The position numbers and the translations under genes were made by a program. The notes under the pieces are model-generated. The model did no database searches. It was not told the DNA's origin and was given only the letters and a program-made list of their open reading frames with translations. A stretch of 64,000 bases of DNA from positions 18,185-82,184 of the forward strand of contig CAZTUA010000012.1 in the NCBI GenBank assembly GCA_964616545.1, in the 5' to 3' direction. Positions within the stretch are counted from its first letter, which is position 1; the number at the start of each line of letters is the position of its first letter. The DNA is from an uncultured Actinomycetota bacterium (GTDB taxonomy: Bacteria > Actinomycetota > Humimicrobiia > Humimicrobiales > Humimicrobiaceae). Below, one piece after another: positions 8,384 through 17,884 of this stretch.

Positions 8384-9610
8384 ATGGAAAAATCAGAAAC
8401 TGATAATTATTTTAAAGAATTGCAGAATTTATATCTGGATAGGTTTGTAAGAAATAAGAAAGAAAGAACAGATATATTAAAAAATAAAAGCCCTGTAAAT
8501 ATTCTATCCCCTGGAAGAGTAAATATAATTGGAGAACATACAGATTATAATTTAGGCCTATCTATAAATGCAGCGATAGATAAACAGATATTTATAACAG
8601 GCTATAAAAACAATTCTAATTACATTGAAGTTTTTTCCAGATACTTAAATGATTCCGGCAGATTTTCTTTAGATAATATTGAATTTGATAAGAACAGGCA
8701 CTGGATAAACTATATAAAGGGTGTTTTAAAGGAATATATTCAAAAAGGTCACAAAATCTCCGGTTTCAACATAGTTATAGACAGTAACCTCCCGATAGGT
8801 GCCGGCATCAGCTCATCTGCCTCTCTTGAGGTCGGGGTTGCAAAATTCATTGAGGAGCTTTTTGATTTAAAAGTTACCAGGAAGACAATGGTAAAATTGT
8901 GCAACAGCGCAGAGAACGATTTCGTGGGAGTAAACTGCGGATTTATGGATCAGTTCTCGGTTGCATATGGAAAAAAGGATTGTGTAATTTTTCTAAATTT
9001 TAGAGACCTTTCCTATGAATATATCCCGTTTAACCTCGGGGATAACCTGATTTTAATTATTAACTCGAAAGAGGAGAGAAATCTTGCAGATACAGAATAC
9101 AATAAGAGAAGAAAAGAATGCAATGAAGCAGTTAAAATAATATCCAGCATGATAAAAGGGAAAAAGATCACGTCCCTATCAGATGTTAAACCGGAAATGC
9201 TTGGCAGGCTGGAAGGCTGGATACCTGAAAAACTTTTTAAAAGGGCAAGGCATGTAATAACAGAAAATAACAGGGTTCTACGGGCAAAAGAGAATATTCT
9301 TAAAGGCGATATTAAAAAGCTGGGCCAGATATTATTTGAATCACATAACAGTTTAAAAATTGATTATGAAGTATCAACAAAAAGACTTGATTACCTGGTA
9401 AATAAACTGGGAAAAATTAAAGGTGTCTACGGCGCAAGATTAATGGGGGCAGGTTTTGGCGGAAGCGTTATAAGCATTGTTAGTAAAGATAAAACTGATG
9501 ATATTACAGGAATAACAGGTAAAGGGTTCTCAAAAGAATTCGGTGTTGTTCCTGATTTTATAGAGTGCAAGTTATCGGACGGCACCGGTAGAGTAGTATC
9601 CAGAGATTAA
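8384..9610 (+). CDS. galK: Galactokinase
   Basis: PGRVNIIGEHTDYN, PIGAGISSSAS, CGFMDQ, GARLMGAGFGG. Confidence 0.95.
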   Translation: MEKSETDNYFKELQNLYLDRFVRNKKERTDILKNKSPVNILSPGRVNIIGEHTDYNLGLSINAAIDKQIFITGYKNNSNYIEVFSRYLNDSGRFSLDNIEFDKNRHWINYIKGVLKEYIQKGHKISGFNIVIDSNLPIGAGISSSASLEVGVAKFIEELFDLKVTRKTMVKLCNSAENDFVGVNCGFMDQFSVAYGKKDCVIFLNFRDLSYEYIPFNLGDNLILIINSKEERNLADTEYNKRRKECNEAVKIISSMIKGKKITSLSDVKPEMLGRLEGWIPEKLFKRARHVITENNRVLRAKENILKGDIKKLGQILFESHNSLKIDYEVSTKRLDYLVNKLGKIKGVYGARLMGAGFGGSVISIVSKDKTDDITGITGKGFSKEFGVVPDFIECKLSDGTGRVVSRD

Positions 9611-9695
9611 TAGAGAACAAGAGACAGGTAAAAATGCAAAAAAAGACTGGTTAGAGAGGTGGATCAAAAAAGCAAAAAAGGCCCTGGTCCTGGAG

Positions 9696-9748
9696 TTGAC
9701 AAAATTTTAATAGTTAGTTAAAATTATTAACAATAACATTGTTAATAA
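9696..9748 (+). promoter_or_regulatory. ABC operon promoter with inverted-repeat operator
   Basis: TTGACA(9696)-17 bp-TAAAAT(9719), then TTATTAACAAT-AAC-ATTGTTAATAA (9724-9748). Confidence 0.7.
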
Positions 9749-10010
9749 CTTCAAATCCAAAATTTTAATCAGGGATAAAATAATATTAATTATTTAGACA
9801 CTCAGAAAGCACCAGAAACAAAGACATTTATAGCGCTACACACATAGTCAGAGTCCGTAAGAAATATTAAAAAAAGACAGGAGGTGATGTGCCGGTTAAC
9901 AAAAAAAGGGGCTTGCATACAAGAAGAATAATCGCAGTTATCACAGGAAGCATGTCCCGAGGCAGTTTTACTAAAGAGTCCAGAAAAAATTAAAAAAGGA
10001 GTTGTAAAAA

Positions 10011-11045
10011 ATGAAAAAGATGTTTTTATTGCTGACAGTTATTGCTGTAAGTGTGATAATGGTTCTGTCATTATCACTGTATGGATGTGGACAGAAAGCG
10101 ACTCCGGCTGAAGGGGAAGAAGTTGCCGGAGGAAAACACTTTGAAGGAATAGACATATGGTTCTTCCCGGGTGGACCGGAAGGTGGTCCATTCGCAAGCG
10201 TTGTTTATAATGGAGCAAAGGCAGCGGAAAATGACCTGGGTCCTAACGTGACATATGTGTGGTCTGACTGGAATGTTGAAAAAATGATTTCTCAGTTTAA
10301 AGAAGCTGTTGCGGCACAGCCTGACGGCATTTGTGTTATGGGGCATCCGGGAGATGATGCATTTGGTCCGCTGATAGATGATGCCGTATCAAAAGGGATC
10401 ATAGTAACGAGCCAGAATACAGAACTTCCGGAGTCCGAGGCAAAATATGGTGCCAATGGTTTTGGTTATGTCGGTGCTTCTAATTATTCTGCTGGACTTG
10501 CTCTGGCAAGACAGGCAGTGATGGAATTTGGTCTTTCCGAAGGAGATAAAGCTTTAGTCTGGGGGCTTCTGGCACAGGAAACCCGCGGACTGAGGTCAGA
10601 GGGCTGTGTAGACGGCCTGGAAGAGGCAGGACTGGTAGTTGATTACATGGAAATAAGTGATGAAGTGAACGCAGATGCAACTCTCGGTACACCTGTAATA
10701 AGCGGGTATATATCTGCGAATCCGGACGTTAAGCTGATAATAACTGACCACGGAGCTCTCACTTCAACAGTTGCAACTTATGGCCAGGGCGCGGGACTTG
10801 AACCCGGCGAAGTGAATTTTGCAGGTTTTGACCTATCGGCAGCTTCTGTTGAAGCTATTAAGTCCGGATACCTGGGGCTTATAATTGACCAGCAGCCATG
10901 GCTGCAGGGGTATCTGCCGATTCTGCAGGTTTGCCTGACCAAGGAATACTATTTTGCAGGCCTTCATATTGATACCGGAAGCGGTTTTGTGAATGCGGAA
11001 AATGTGGACCTTCTGACGGAGCTTGCAGAGAAAGGAATCAGATAA
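10011..11045 (+). CDS. Sugar ABC transporter substrate-binding lipoprotein (RbsB-like fold)
   Basis: Signal peptide with LYGC lipobox; AGFDLS and IDQQPWLQGY motifs. Confidence 0.9.
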   Translation: MKKMFLLLTVIAVSVIMVLSLSLYGCGQKATPAEGEEVAGGKHFEGIDIWFFPGGPEGGPFASVVYNGAKAAENDLGPNVTYVWSDWNVEKMISQFKEAVAAQPDGICVMGHPGDDAFGPLIDDAVSKGIIVTSQNTELPESEAKYGANGFGYVGASNYSAGLALARQAVMEFGLSEGDKALVWGLLAQETRGLRSEGCVDGLEEAGLVVDYMEISDEVNADATLGTPVISGYISANPDVKLIITDHGALTSTVATYGQGAGLEPGEVNFAGFDLSAASVEAIKSGYLGLIIDQQPWLQGYLPILQVCLTKEYYFAGLHIDTGSGFVNAENVDLLTELAEKGIR

Positions 11046-11048
11046 CTT

Positions 11049-11852
11049 ATGGAAAATAACGCAGTAATTTCTCCAACACCATCTCCATCAGTAACTTCGC
11101 CTCTGGTGAAAATGGTAGACATACACAAATCCTATGGGGCAGTTACTGCGTTAAATGGAGTGGGTTTTACAGTTGGGAGAAATGAAATTGTAGGACTGAT
11201 AGGAGATAACGGTGCGGGCAAGTCTACCCTTATCAAGGTGCTGACAGGAGTGGAAAAACAGGACAGAGGGAAGATTTATTGGAAGGGTGAAGAAATAAAG
11301 AAGCACACAGTTGAAAATTCGCGTAATATAGGAATTGAAACTGTTTTTCAGGACAGAGCCCTTGCAGAGAAGCAGAATATATGGCGGAATCTTTTTATGG
11401 GGAGAGAATTAACCTATGGACGGTCAGGATTTATAAAAATTGGTAAATCGCAAAAGGAAGCAATTAATCTATTAAGGAAGATGGTTGGGCTCACCCAGTC
11501 GGGCCTCAGTCCAAATCTCGGTGTTATGGGGCTGTCCGGTGGAGAAAAACAGGGTATAGCCATCGCAAGAGCTCTTTATTTTGATGCCCAGTTAATCATT
11601 CTTGATGAACCCACCAATAACCTGTCGCTTTCCGAAACAAATAAAGTGCTGGAATTTGTTAGGTGGATAAAAAAGAATGGTAAGTCCTGTATTTTTATAA
11701 CTCATAGCATTTATCACGTTTACTCGGTGGCAGAAAGATTTGTGATTATGGACAGGGGCAATATCATAGGCGAATTTCTAAAGAAAGACCTGTCAATGGA
11801 CGAGCTTGTTGAGAAACTGGAATATGTGGCCAAACATGGAGCACTGGCTTAA
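11049..11852 (+). CDS. Sugar ABC transporter ATP-binding protein
   Basis: GDNGAGKST Walker A, LSGGEKQ signature, IILDEPT Walker B. Confidence 0.95.
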   Translation: MENNAVISPTPSPSVTSPLVKMVDIHKSYGAVTALNGVGFTVGRNEIVGLIGDNGAGKSTLIKVLTGVEKQDRGKIYWKGEEIKKHTVENSRNIGIETVFQDRALAEKQNIWRNLFMGRELTYGRSGFIKIGKSQKEAINLLRKMVGLTQSGLSPNLGVMGLSGGEKQGIAIARALYFDAQLIILDEPTNNLSLSETNKVLEFVRWIKKNGKSCIFITHSIYHVYSVAERFVIMDRGNIIGEFLKKDLSMDELVEKLEYVAKHGALA

Positions 11853-11871
11853 AATGATGGCTGCACCATAA

Positions 11872-11919
11872 AATGGAATTTGCCCTGGTATTAAAAAATT
11901 AAGCTGGGCAAATTTCATT
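11872..11919 (+). terminator. Intercistronic stem-loop between the ATPase and permease genes
   Basis: AATGGAATTTGCCC ... GGGCAAATTTCATT, 14-bp stem with one G-U pair and no strong U tract. Confidence 0.45.
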
Positions 11920-12019
11920 AGCATTTGAGTATAAAAATTTAAAGTTTTAATTTATGCTGTTTTGACTGAAAAGTACAGGAGGAAAAAAATAAAACTGTGA
12001 TAAAAGAGGAACGGAGGAA

Positions 12020-13042
12020 ATGCTAGAAAAAATAAAATTAAAGATAAGTGAGTCAAAGTTACAGTTAAGTATACTGGCAGTGCTTGTAATTGTATTTGTA
12101 ATATTTATTATCGGGAATCCAAGAACATTCCTCAGCTACAGAATATATTATGCATTTATGTCAACCATTCCATTTTCGGCAATTCTGGCTTTATCATTAA
12201 CACCCATTATTATTTTAGGAGAAATTGATCTTTCCTTCCCATCGGTGATGGGTTTTTCAGCCTGGGTATTTTCTGCTGTGTTTAATCAAACAAACAATAT
12301 TTATCTGGCATTTGTAACCTGCCTGGCTATGGGTATCTTTGCGGGTTACTTAAATAGCGTGCTGATAGTAAGAGTTGGGATACCATCACTGATATTAACC
12401 ATAGGAATGATGTTCCTCTGGCGGGGGCTTGTTTATGTGGCAAGCGGAGGCCATGGGCTGTCCCTTGTTGGTACTAAAGGAACACTTCTTTATAAGGCTC
12501 TTGTTGGAAGAATAGGAGGCGCGGTTCCTGCACAGACGATATGGGCTATTATAATTGCAGCGGTTTTTGCATTGATATTAAACCGCCACAGATTCGGAGC
12601 ACACATACTTTATACTGGTGACGACGAAGTAAGTGCAAAAATGATGGGTGTAAATGTGGCAAGGATAAAAACAATTGTTTTTATGCAGGTGGGAGTTTTT
12701 GCCGCATTCGTGGGAGTTCTTGCAACACTTGAAGTATTATACCTGTGGCCATCAACAGGAGAAGGCTATCTTATGAAATCGCTGGCATCAGTTTTTATAG
12801 GAGGCACCTCGGTTTTTGGCGGCGCAGGGACCATATTCGGAACCTTTATCGGAGCCATCATTATGGGGTCGCTGGAAGCCGGTATAGTTTCAGGAGGAAT
12901 TTCTGGATTCTGGACGCAGTTTGTTTTTGGGCTTGTAATAGTCCTATCCCTTGCAATTTATGCATGCATGAACAAAAGAATAAGCCTGGGCAGAAAAATA
13001 ATAGGAGCTATAAAAGGACTGGCTGGAAAAAAGAAAAAGTAG
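12020..13042 (+). CDS. Sugar ABC transporter permease (RbsC family)
   Basis: GEIDLS, GIPSLILTIG, IGGTSVFGGAGTIFGT motifs. Confidence 0.93.
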   Translation: MLEKIKLKISESKLQLSILAVLVIVFVIFIIGNPRTFLSYRIYYAFMSTIPFSAILALSLTPIIILGEIDLSFPSVMGFSAWVFSAVFNQTNNIYLAFVTCLAMGIFAGYLNSVLIVRVGIPSLILTIGMMFLWRGLVYVASGGHGLSLVGTKGTLLYKALVGRIGGAVPAQTIWAIIIAAVFALILNRHRFGAHILYTGDDEVSAKMMGVNVARIKTIVFMQVGVFAAFVGVLATLEVLYLWPSTGEGYLMKSLASVFIGGTSVFGGAGTIFGTFIGAIIMGSLEAGIVSGGISGFWTQFVFGLVIVLSLAIYACMNKRISLGRKIIGAIKGLAGKKKK

Positions 13043-13232
13043 ACCCCCTGTTGTCCGGAATAAAAAAAACTTAAAAATTGGGATTTATAAGATTAATGGC
13101 ATAAAATGTAGAAGATTCTAAAAGATTTAGTATTTATTCTGGTTTTTACAGCACATATATGTCCGGATAGCAAAAGTAAATTAAAGGTGATTGGTAAATT
13201 AGAGTTAATTATCTATGTAATCTATATAAGAG

Positions 13233-13427
13233 ATGAAAAGAGAGAAAGTGAAGTTAAATAAAAAAGTAACACAGGAAAAAATAATTAAAAGAAAAAGAAA
13301 TAATAAAAAAAACAATGCAGGCGAAAACCTGGATGAGAGGGAATTCAGGAAAGACTCTGGTCTTAAAAAGAAAATAGTGATAAAAGAAGACGGTAGATAC
13401 CTGATCTATTATGATTTTAATAAATGA
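13233..13427 (+). CDS. Small basic protein whose C-terminus resembles the actinobacterial GalT N-terminus
   Basis: 64-aa ORF ending KKIVIKEDGRYLIYYDFNK, directly upstream of galT. Confidence 0.6.
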   Translation: MKREKVKLNKKVTQEKIIKRKRNNKKNNAGENLDEREFRKDSGLKKKIVIKEDGRYLIYYDFNK

Positions 13428-13481
13428 TATTAAAATTAATAATCAATTGTAAAATTATAAAAAAAATAATGGGGGTAAAAA

Positions 13482-14483
13482 ATATTAGAATTAAGGTATG
13501 ATCCGGTTAAAAATAAGTGGGTCGCAATGGCGACCAAAAGGCAGGGAAGAACTTTTCTACCCCCAAAAGATTTCTGTCCCCTGTGTCCTACAAAAAATAA
13601 AAAAATAATTACCGAGATCCCGCAGAGCAGTTATGATATCGTAGTATTTGAGAATAAATTTCCAACATTTGAGAGAAAGCCGGATAAGCTTGATTTTTTT
13701 AATAACCCTGAAAATAAAGGTGATTTTTCTTATTCAAAAATGCAGTCCAGGGGAATCTGTGAAGTTGTCTGTTATACCCAGAAACATGATCTGTTCCTTG
13801 AGGATATGCCGGTAAAAAAAATAAATGATTTAATAAAGGTCTGGCAGGACAGGTATTTTAACCTGGGGAATAAAAGCTTTATAAAATATGTTTTTATTTT
13901 TGAAAATAAAGGGAAAGAGATAGGCGTTACCCTTTCCCATCCTCACGGCCAGATATATGCATTTCCCTATATACCGCCGGTTATTCTCGGGGAAATAAAA
14001 TCATCTGAAGAATTTTACAAAAAAAATAAAAAATGTCTCCACTGTGCCATAATAGAAAGGGAATTGAATGATAAGAGCCGGATTGTTATTAAAAATGATG
14101 ATTTTGCTGCATTTATCCCATTTTATGCCGGCTGGCCCTATGAAGTGCATATTTATTCCCTGAGGCACCTTGGCAGTATATGTGAGCTTGAAGATAGAGA
14201 AATTCATTCTCTCTCAAAAACAATCAGGCAACTGATAAACGGTTACAATAAACTTTTTAGCTTCAGGATGCCCTATGTAATGGTAATGCACCAGAGACCG
14301 ACTGACGGCAGAGAACACGGCTATTATCATTTTCATATTGAGTTTTACCCCCCGTACAGAACAGAGAACAAATTAAAGTATATGGCAGGATGTGAGCTTG
14401 GCGCGGGTACATTCATAAATGATACTTTACCAGAAGAAAAAGCTGCTGAATTAAGGAAAATATTGGAAAAACAGAAACAATAG
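13482..14483 (+). CDS. galT: Galactose-1-phosphate uridylyltransferase
   Basis: CPLCP, FENKG..IGVTLSHPHGQ active site. The conserved ELRYDP..KWV segment lies upstream of ATG 13527, so the start is placed at ATA 13482 (tentative). Confidence 0.92.
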   Translation: MLELRYDPVKNKWVAMATKRQGRTFLPPKDFCPLCPTKNKKIITEIPQSSYDIVVFENKFPTFERKPDKLDFFNNPENKGDFSYSKMQSRGICEVVCYTQKHDLFLEDMPVKKINDLIKVWQDRYFNLGNKSFIKYVFIFENKGKEIGVTLSHPHGQIYAFPYIPPVILGEIKSSEEFYKKNKKCLHCAIIERELNDKSRIVIKNDDFAAFIPFYAGWPYEVHIYSLRHLGSICELEDREIHSLSKTIRQLINGYNKLFSFRMPYVMVMHQRPTDGREHGYYHFHIEFYPPYRTENKLKYMAGCELGAGTFINDTLPEEKAAELRKILEKQKQ

Positions 14484-14568
14484 AGTATTATTAATATCTA
14501 TAAAATTCTGGCATTGATTGTATAAATTCATCCGGTAATTTTTAAACTTTAATATAAAAGGAATTAAT

Positions 14569-16032
14569 ATGGCAGATAAAAGTAAAAAGAAAAAATCCCG
14601 GTCCAGCATATCAGGCGAGATGAATACTCTCATGATGGAAGCACTGATGGACCACATTCCTGATAGTATTTATTTTAAGGACCTTGAAAGCAGGATTATA
14701 AGAGTAAATAAAGCCTGTGCGGAAATGGCTTATAAAATGAAATCTCCCGAAGAAGCGGCTGGCAAGACAGATTTTGATATTTTTTCAAAAGAGCATGCAA
14801 GCCAGGCGTACGCAGACGAGCAGCGTATAATAAAAGCCGGAAAGCCCATAGTAAACATTGAGGAAAAGGAAACATGGAGATTTGAGAAGGAACCCAGGTG
14901 GATATCAACAACAAAAATGCCCTTTTATGACAGAGAGGGCAATATAATAGGAACATTTGGTATTTCAAGGGATATTTCGGATAGAAAAAAGGCAGAAGAA
15001 AAAGTAGAATACCTCTCCTTCCATGATACCCTTACGGGCCTTTACAACAGGGCATATTTTGAAGAAGAGCTGAAAAGGCTTGATACCCCAAGGCAGCTCC
15101 CCCTTACAATAGTAATGGGAGACGTAAACGGCCTGAAGGTAATAAATGATGCATACGGTCACACAAAGGGAGACGAATTCCTGGTAAAGATAGCCGGTGT
15201 ACTTAAAGATGCCTTTAGAGATGAAGATATCCTGTCAAGATGGGGAGGAGACGAGTTTATAACAATTCTGCCCAGAACCACATACAGAGATGCACAGAAG
15301 ATTGTAAGAAGAATTAAAAGCTTATGCAAAAAAAAGGAGACAGAGGGTATACCCTTAAGCATTTCCCTTGGAATTGCAACGAAAAAAGAACCAGAAGAAA
15401 ACATAGAAGATGTAATTAAAAAAGCCGAGGACAAAATGTATAAATGCAAGGTAGCTGACAGCAAATCCGTCCATGAGAGTCTTGTGGAATCTCTTAAGGA
15501 AAACTTGAAAAAAGGAGATTCAAGAAACGATACACGCATAAAAAAGATGGAAGAGTACGCATTACTTCTTGGAGAGAAATTAAACCTGTCCTCTGCCAAG
15601 CTTGAGGAGCTGAAGCTTCTTATAAATCTTCATAACATAGGAAAGATTGCTCTGGTTGACGAGATAATGTCCAAGAGAGGAAGGCTTACAAAGGAAGAAT
15701 GGGGAATAATAAAGGAGCTGCCTTTGATAGGATACCGTATTGCAGAGTCCTCCCAGAAACTCAGACCCATAGCAGAGCCCATACTTGCTCACCATGAATG
15801 GTACAACGGAAGCGGATACCCGAGGGGCATAAAGGGTGAAGAAATACCGGTAATCTCAAGGATATCTGCTCTTATAAATGCCTATGAGGCCATGACATCC
15901 CCGAGGCCCTACAGAAGAAAAATGACAAAGAAAGAGGCAATAGCAGAGATTAAAAAATGCAGCGGCACACAGTTTGACCCTGCAATAGCGAAAATTTTTA
16001 CTGAAGCGCTAAAAAAGGAGAAAGAGAAATAA
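14569..16032 (+). CDS. PAS/PAC-GGDEF-HD-GYP signalling protein
   Basis: IPDSIYFKD PAS domain, DTLTGLYNR and RWGGDEF, HHEWYNGSGYPRG; the HD motif reads HN. Confidence 0.92.
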   Translation: MADKSKKKKSRSSISGEMNTLMMEALMDHIPDSIYFKDLESRIIRVNKACAEMAYKMKSPEEAAGKTDFDIFSKEHASQAYADEQRIIKAGKPIVNIEEKETWRFEKEPRWISTTKMPFYDREGNIIGTFGISRDISDRKKAEEKVEYLSFHDTLTGLYNRAYFEEELKRLDTPRQLPLTIVMGDVNGLKVINDAYGHTKGDEFLVKIAGVLKDAFRDEDILSRWGGDEFITILPRTTYRDAQKIVRRIKSLCKKKETEGIPLSISLGIATKKEPEENIEDVIKKAEDKMYKCKVADSKSVHESLVESLKENLKKGDSRNDTRIKKMEEYALLLGEKLNLSSAKLEELKLLINLHNIGKIALVDEIMSKRGRLTKEEWGIIKELPLIGYRIAESSQKLRPIAEPILAHHEWYNGSGYPRGIKGEEIPVISRISALINAYEAMTSPRPYRRKMTKKEAIAEIKKCSGTQFDPAIAKIFTEALKKEKEK

Positions 16033-17790
16033 TTACAGTCTATAATTATTGGTAATGGGATATCTTCTGTCTTTCCCAAATGCACGGGGTGTTATTTTAA
16101 TACCGGGAGAGCCCTGCCTTCTTTTATACTCACTGGAATCTACCATATTAATTATGTTTTTAACTATTTTCTTATCAAAGCCCTTCTTTATGATTGAATG
16201 AAAATCCAGATTTTCCTCGATATATTCTTTAAGCACAGGGTCCAGCACTTTATAAGGAGGAAGGCTGTCTTCGTCCTTCTGTCCGGGTTTAAGCTCGGCC
16301 GATGGAACTTTAGTAAGTATATTTTCAGGAATTACATCTGAGTATTTTTTATTGATAAAACTACATATACGGTAAACCATAGTCTTATATACATCCTTAA
16401 TTGGTGAAAAGCCGCCGGCCATATCACCGTAAAGGGTACAGTACCCCACGCTTATTTCACTTTTATTTCCAGTTGATAATACAAGATAGCTATTTTCATT
16501 TGCCACGGCCATTATAATATTTCCCCTTATACGCGCCTGTATGTTTTCTTTCGTGATATTTATCCCGGTATCTTTAAATATAGAGCTCAAACTTTTAAGA
16601 TAGCTTTTGTATATCGTTGAAATTGGTATTGTAATATATTTAACGCCGAGGTTACGGCACAGATCTTCAGAGTCTTTAATGCTTCCGGGAGAAGAGTAAA
16701 GGGACGGCATCAGCACTCCGGTGACATTGTCTTTTCCCAGAGCGAGCGAGGCTATTACTATGGTAAGGGCGGAGTCTATGCCGCCGCTTAAAGCTATGAC
16801 AACTTTTTTAAAATTATTTTTTCTTACATAATCCCCTGTACCAAGAATCAGGGCTTCAAGTATTTCTTCTTCACGGCAGGAGATTTTATATTTGTTTTTA
16901 TTACTATTATCATTTTTAAATCGCGCTGCTCTGCCTTTTTTCTTTGCGGGAAAGTATTTTAAATCAACAACAGGCAGAGATCTGCGGCCATCTATAAATT
17001 TACCGTCTGTTTTTAGCTGTTCTCTGTTTATGAGTTGTGAAGGCGATGCTCCCGGAGCTTTATAGTCATATATTAAAACATCTTCTGCAAATGATTTTGC
17101 ACTGGCAAGGACTCTGCCTTTTTTATTAAGAATTAAACTGTTGCCGTCAAATACCAGCTCATCCTGACCGCCAATCATGTTTAGATAGACTATATTTAAA
17201 TTGTTTTCTATTGCTGCCCTGGATAAAATATCCATTCTTTCTTTAATTTTATCGGTGTGATACGGGGATGCGGAAATATTTATTGAAAGCTCTGCTCCTC
17301 CGGCGAGAGCCTGGGTCCTGACCGGGCCTTCCGGATGGAATATGTCCTCGCATATGTTAATTCCTATAAAGGTGCCTGCTACTTTAAGGACAAAATTTTT
17401 GCTGCCTTTTTTAAAATACCTTTCCTCGTCAAAAACGGAATAATTTGGAAGAAAATGTTTATTATATACGGCATGTATACGGTTATTATAAATTACTGCT
17501 GCCGAGTTATATATTCCGTCCTTCTCGCTGTTAACGAAACCGGTAACTGTGATTATATCTGGAGCCAGCTCTTTTAGCCTGTGTGTGTATTTTATATTTT
17601 CATCAATAAAGATGCTTTTTAGAAGTAAATCTTCCGGCGGATAACCTGTGATACAGAGTTCCGGAAATACTGCCATATCAGCCCCCGCTGCTGCTGCTTT
17701 CTCAATATGGCCGGCAATGAGCTCATAGTTTCCCTTAAGGTCGCCTACGGCGGGATTTATCTGTGCTAGATATAATCTTAAAATAGAAAT
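16033..17790 (-). CDS. nadE: Glutamine-dependent NAD+ synthetase
   Basis: Nitrilase domain (FPEL, ICEDI) plus ALSGGIDS, NIQARIR, TGNKSE, KRRQ. The conserved LAQINP.VGDLKGN N-terminus extends to ATT 17790 behind AGGAG. Confidence 0.94.
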   Translation of the reverse strand: MSILRLYLAQINPAVGDLKGNYELIAGHIEKAAAAGADMAVFPELCITGYPPEDLLLKSIFIDENIKYTHRLKELAPDIITVTGFVNSEKDGIYNSAAVIYNNRIHAVYNKHFLPNYSVFDEERYFKKGSKNFVLKVAGTFIGINICEDIFHPEGPVRTQALAGGAELSINISASPYHTDKIKERMDILSRAAIENNLNIVYLNMIGGQDELVFDGNSLILNKKGRVLASAKSFAEDVLIYDYKAPGASPSQLINREQLKTDGKFIDGRRSLPVVDLKYFPAKKKGRAARFKNDNSNKNKYKISCREEEILEALILGTGDYVRKNNFKKVVIALSGGIDSALTIVIASLALGKDNVTGVLMPSLYSSPGSIKDSEDLCRNLGVKYITIPISTIYKSYLKSLSSIFKDTGINITKENIQARIRGNIIMAVANENSYLVLSTGNKSEISVGYCTLYGDMAGGFSPIKDVYKTMVYRICSFINKKYSDVIPENILTKVPSAELKPGQKDEDSLPPYKVLDPVLKEYIEENLDFHSIIKKGFDKKIVKNIINMVDSSEYKRRQGSPGIKITPRAFGKDRRYPITNNYRL

Positions 17791-17884
17791 TTTTGCTCCT
17801 TTTATAAAAAGTTATTAGATATTAATTTAATTATTTCTGATTTAGATAAACTGATTTAATTATAATACTTTTTAACAATTAAAT

